A DNA stretch of 54,914 nt from positions 1 to 54,914 of the forward strand of contig LCRX01000015.1 of the NCBI GenBank assembly GCA_001004885.1. The letters are read 5' to 3'. Source of the DNA: Candidatus Magasanikbacteria bacterium GW2011_GWA2_56_11. Lineage in GTDB: Bacteria > Patescibacteriota > Patescibacteriia > Magasanikbacterales > UBA922. Shown piece by piece: positions 54,470 through 54,914 of the stretch (position 1 is its first letter; the number at the start of each line of letters is the position of its first letter). The notes below the pieces were generated by a model that saw only the letters and a program-made list of their open reading frames with translations, did no database searches and was not told the DNA's origin. Made by a program: the position numbers and the translations under genes.

Positions 54470-54914
54470 ATGAAAAGACCCCTAAGCACAACTTTCATTT
54501 TCGGATCACTGTTCATTGCCGGTTCGGCGAACGCCCAAATGATGGGTAATTTTTCCAATACTCAAGTCGATTGGAACGAAGTTGTCGAGCATACAGCGCG
54601 CGAAGAACAGGAAGGCAAGGAACTCTGGGAAAAACTGCAAACTAAAGAGGTTGCTTGCGAGAATTTGAGCGACAAACAGCACGGAATGCTCGGCGAATAT
54701 TTTATGGGGCAAATGGCTGGCGAGTCCCACGCCGCCATGAACGCCATGATGCTCCAGGCACATGGTGAAAACGGCGAAGAACAAATTCACATCGTAATGG
54801 GCAAGCGTCTTTCCGGTTGCGATACATCGGCGGCGTTTCCGGCGAACAGCCTCGGCTGGATGCCGATGATGAACATGATGTGGGGAGGGTGGTCGTCTCC
54901 TTTTGACAGTAATA
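54470..54914 (+). CDS. exported Met/His-rich protein (partial, runs off the window)
   Basis: ATG 54470: signal-like MKRPLSTTFIFGSLFIAGSANAQ, then HTAREEQEGKELW..L....C, GEYFMG.M.G..H..MN.MM, MG.R.SGC. Confidence 0.7.
   Translation, partial: MKRPLSTTFIFGSLFIAGSANAQMMGNFSNTQVDWNEVVEHTAREEQEGKELWEKLQTKEVACENLSDKQHGMLGEYFMGQMAGESHAAMNAMMLQAHGENGEEQIHIVMGKRLSGCDTSAAFPANSLGWMPMMNMMWGGWSSPFDSN

Noticed and set aside
46956-54914. Second attachment site closing the island
   Set aside because: I found no duplicate of the tRNA-Asn 3' end within the window; the boundary is beyond it or eroded.
1-54914. Alternative genetic code (TGA recoding)
   Set aside because: TGA terminates genes at expected ends (for example 1840, 17343, 43963, 44314) and conserved genes have no in-frame TGA.

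Overview
Chromosomal window of a Patescibacteria (CPR, Parcubacteria-like) bacterium using the standard code. The taxon is inferred from the lone TraG/VirD4-like ATPase, short AlaRS, scarce Shine-Dalgarno sites and an intron-split tRNA-Asn. Housekeeping blocks are rpmA, ftsW, murG, mnmA, alaS, infA-rpmJ-rpsM-rpsK-rpsD-rpoA-rplQ-rplM-rpsI, flippase/GT4, ftsE-ftsX and four tRNAs. Three things stand out. (1) A 12.4-kb co-oriented array (10881-23328) holds nine copies of a PEP-utilising swivel phospho-His domain fused to divergent N-terminal domains. It has an embedded HAD hydrolase and an orphan gene, and is followed by three histidine-phosphatase domains and one stand-alone PPDK/PpsA-type ATP-grasp gene (27399-28376). 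No pyruvate-binding barrel is present in the window, so this looks like a split, one-donor/many-acceptor phosphotransferase system resembling rifampin phosphotransferase. (2) A dispersed family of five ~110-bp hairpin elements has a near-invariant 29-nt loop and ~30-bp stems that diverge with compensatory changes. (3) tRNA-Asn(GUU) is split by a 477-nt group I intron at position 35/36 and is followed by a decayed serine integrase and an AT-rich defence-like island (DpnI, KAP NTPase + HEPN-like, AAA-DUF4143, second HEPN-like). Several genes carry internal deletions or frameshifts that may be real erosion or assembly error. All family calls come from motif recognition by eye; no searches were run.
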